Below, piece after piece: positions 62,586 through 64,000 of a DNA stretch of 64,000 nucleotides (position 1 is the stretch's first letter; each line of letters begins with the position of its first letter). The notes under the pieces were generated by a model, which did no database searches, had not been told where the DNA came from, and was given only the letters and a program-made list of their open reading frames with translations. The stretch spans positions 576,502-640,501 of the forward strand of contig CAWJQI010000005.1 of NCBI GenBank assembly GCA_963845085.1. Direction: 5' to 3'. The position numbers and the translations under genes are program-made. This stretch comes from Candidatus Fermentibacterota bacterium (GTDB lineage Bacteria > Fermentibacterota > Fermentibacteria > Fermentibacterales > JCC-6).

Positions 62586-64000
62586 TCAAGTATCGAAACG
62601 ATCCTGGGATGGGAAAGGGCGAGTTCCTCTCAGGGTCTCAGTGTCCGCTCCGCTTGGAACCTCCATCCTGCCCCTGAGCTTGCCCAGCACCTGGAGCGCT
62701 ATCTCGACAGTGTCCGAGAGGAGGTCCGCTTCACACACGCAAGGCCATTCCGCCCGGTGTACTGTCTCGCCGGGAAAACCCAGTCTGTGCCAGAGCTCTT
62801 CGGCGATGAATGGAGCCATGGGGGCAAGAAGAACGAGCACGTCATGCCGGGCGGTATTCCACTCGTTCAAGGCGGAGCCCGCATTGTCACGATGCGATGC
62901 CATGAAGTTTATGAACTCCATGAGGGCTGCAACAGCCGTGTTGAACTGGAAGGAGTCTATGTCCTCGGTGACCTTCCTGACGGTTTTGGCGAGGTTGTGC
63001 CTTATCTCCCTCTGAAGTGCCGGGTCGGGATCGGCGGGTTCGGGCGTCCGCAGGAAGAGGTTCCATACCCTCTTCACAAACCTGTAGGTTCCCGAAATCC
63101 CCTCTTCGCTCCACTCAAGCTCGGCTTCAAATGGGCCCATGAAAAGTATGTAGAGCCGGAGGGCGTCGGCGCCGTATTTCTCCACGACCTCGTCGGGAGT
63201 GACAACATTGCCCTTGCTCTTGGACATTTTCTGGTGGTCGTAGCTGAGCAGCATGCCCTGATTCTTGAGGCAAGTGAACGGCTCGGCAAATTCCACCATG
63301 CCTGCGTCGTACATGACCTTGGTGAAGAACCTGGCGTAGATGAGGTGCATCACGGCGTGCTCGGCCCCGCCCACGTACATGTCAACGGGAAGCCATTTGC
63401 GCACTGCCTCGGGATCGAACGGCCTGTCCTTCTCACGCGGGGATGCGAACCGCAGGAAATACCAACTGGAACAGGCAAAACCCGCCATGGTGCTCGTTTC
63501 CCTCTCGGCGGGGCCTCCGCAAACGGGGCAGGTGGTCCTAACCCATTCCGCAGCCCGTGCCAGAGGCGACAACCCTGAATCATCCGGCTCGAAACCGTCG
63601 ACTTCGGGGAGAAGTACCGGCAGATTCCTGTCAGGGACCGCACCGCAACTGCTGCAATGGATGACTGGGATCGGGGCGCCCCAGTACCTCTGCCTGCTCA
63701 CGAGCCAGTCCCTTATCCTGAACCGTATCTCGGGTTTGCCGAACCCGTTGGCAGCGGCGTGCTCGGCCATCGCATGCCTTGCATGGTCGGAGGAAAGGCC
63801 GGAGAATGCGCCGCTGTTCATCAGGATGCCGTCAGCCTCGACAGCTGCATCCTCGACTCCCCTCGGATCGCCGCCGGGTGCAATGACCTCGACGATCGGG
63901 AGAGTGAACCTCTTTGCAAAGTCGTGATCCCTCTGATCGTGACCGGGGACGGCCATGATCGCAGCAGTGCCGTAGCCGCCCAATACATAGTCGGCAACCC
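62586..64000 (-). CDS. leuS: Leucyl-tRNA synthetase, C-terminal ~470 aa (gene runs off the window edge)
   Basis: It has the KMSKS motif (KMSKSKGN) and the CP1-flanking block YGTAAIMAVPGHDQRDHDFA. The frame stays open to position 64000 (..VADYVLGGYGT..). Confidence 0.9.
   Translation of the reverse strand, partial: VADYVLGGYGTAAIMAVPGHDQRDHDFAKRFTLPIVEVIAPGGDPRGVEDAAVEADGILMNSGAFSGLSSDHARHAMAEHAAANGFGKPEIRFRIRDWLVSRQRYWGAPIPVIHCSSCGAVPDRNLPVLLPEVDGFEPDDSGLSPLARAAEWVRTTCPVCGGPAERETSTMAGFACSSWYFLRFASPREKDRPFDPEAVRKWLPVDMYVGGAEHAVMHLIYARFFTKVMYDAGMVEFAEPFTCLKNQGMLLSYDHQKMSKSKGNVVTPDEVVEKYGADALRLYILFMGPFEAELEWSEEGISGTYRFVKRVWNLFLRTPEPADPDPALQREIRHNLAKTVRKVTEDIDSFQFNTAVAALMEFINFMASHRDNAGSALNEWNTARHDVLVLLAPMAPFIAEELWHRLGFPGETVHRAEWPCVCEADLLSDTVEIALQVLGKLRGRMEVPSGADTETLRGTRPFPSQDRFDT

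Noticed and set aside
1-64000. Scan for CRISPR arrays, transposases/integrases, tRNA/rRNA genes, toxin-antitoxin or recognisable phage-defence genes.
   Set aside because: I noticed no spaced direct-repeat array, IS-like inverted repeats, recombinase motifs or tRNA-like cloverleaf strings. Nearly all of the sequence is accounted for by tightly packed protein genes. A by-eye scan cannot fully exclude small elements.

Overview
GC-rich, gene-dense bacterial chromosomal segment with about 55 protein genes, most on the minus strand. I found no rRNA, tRNA, CRISPR array or mobile element. Three secreted proteins end in Por/T9SS-type C-terminal sorting domains, which suggests an uncultivated member of the Fibrobacteres-Chlorobi-Bacteroidetes-like group; that placement is inference.

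Layout:
- 356-18590 (-): an ~18 kb run of overlapping genes that mixes cell-envelope functions (PBP1A, a C-terminal GT51 protein, RlpA, TPR lipoproteins, a PilB/GspE ATPase) with pyrimidine genes (pyrF, pyrD, pyrK, pyrC, deoA) and a class II aldolase.
- 18671-23605: trkH/trkA, lepB, radC.
- 23583-35353 (-): a tightly coupled 11-gene operon I cannot match to any characterised pathway. It encodes a Mo/W-bisPGD oxidoreductase, a TIM-barrel isomerase-like protein, three tandem radical-SAM/SPASM enzymes, a methyltransferase, a B12-radical-SAM enzyme, an NTP-transferase, a second methyltransferase, a CDP-alcohol phosphatidyltransferase and an FG-GAP protein. This is the best candidate for an undescribed system.
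- 35385-49853: an O-antigen-ligase-like giant protein, a BNR-repeat T9SS cargo, a carbamoyltransferase/SxtJ/DUF5989 trio, NamZ-like, alr and DUF362 genes.
- 49856-60896: a Porphyromonas-type peptidylarginine-deiminase-like T9SS cargo and a gingipain-like C25 peptidase T9SS cargo, flanking an HcnABC/sarcosine-oxidase-like flavoprotein pair and a divergent EF-G paralog.
- 60941-64000: comM/yifB and partial leuS.

Three reading frames are disrupted or lack a start next to short homopolymers: pyrC, the Wzy-like gene, and the N-terminus of the Mo enzyme. These are either assembly indels or real lesions; for the Mo enzyme an in-frame TGA (possible selenocysteine) is an alternative. All functional calls rest on motif recognition by eye, with no database search.
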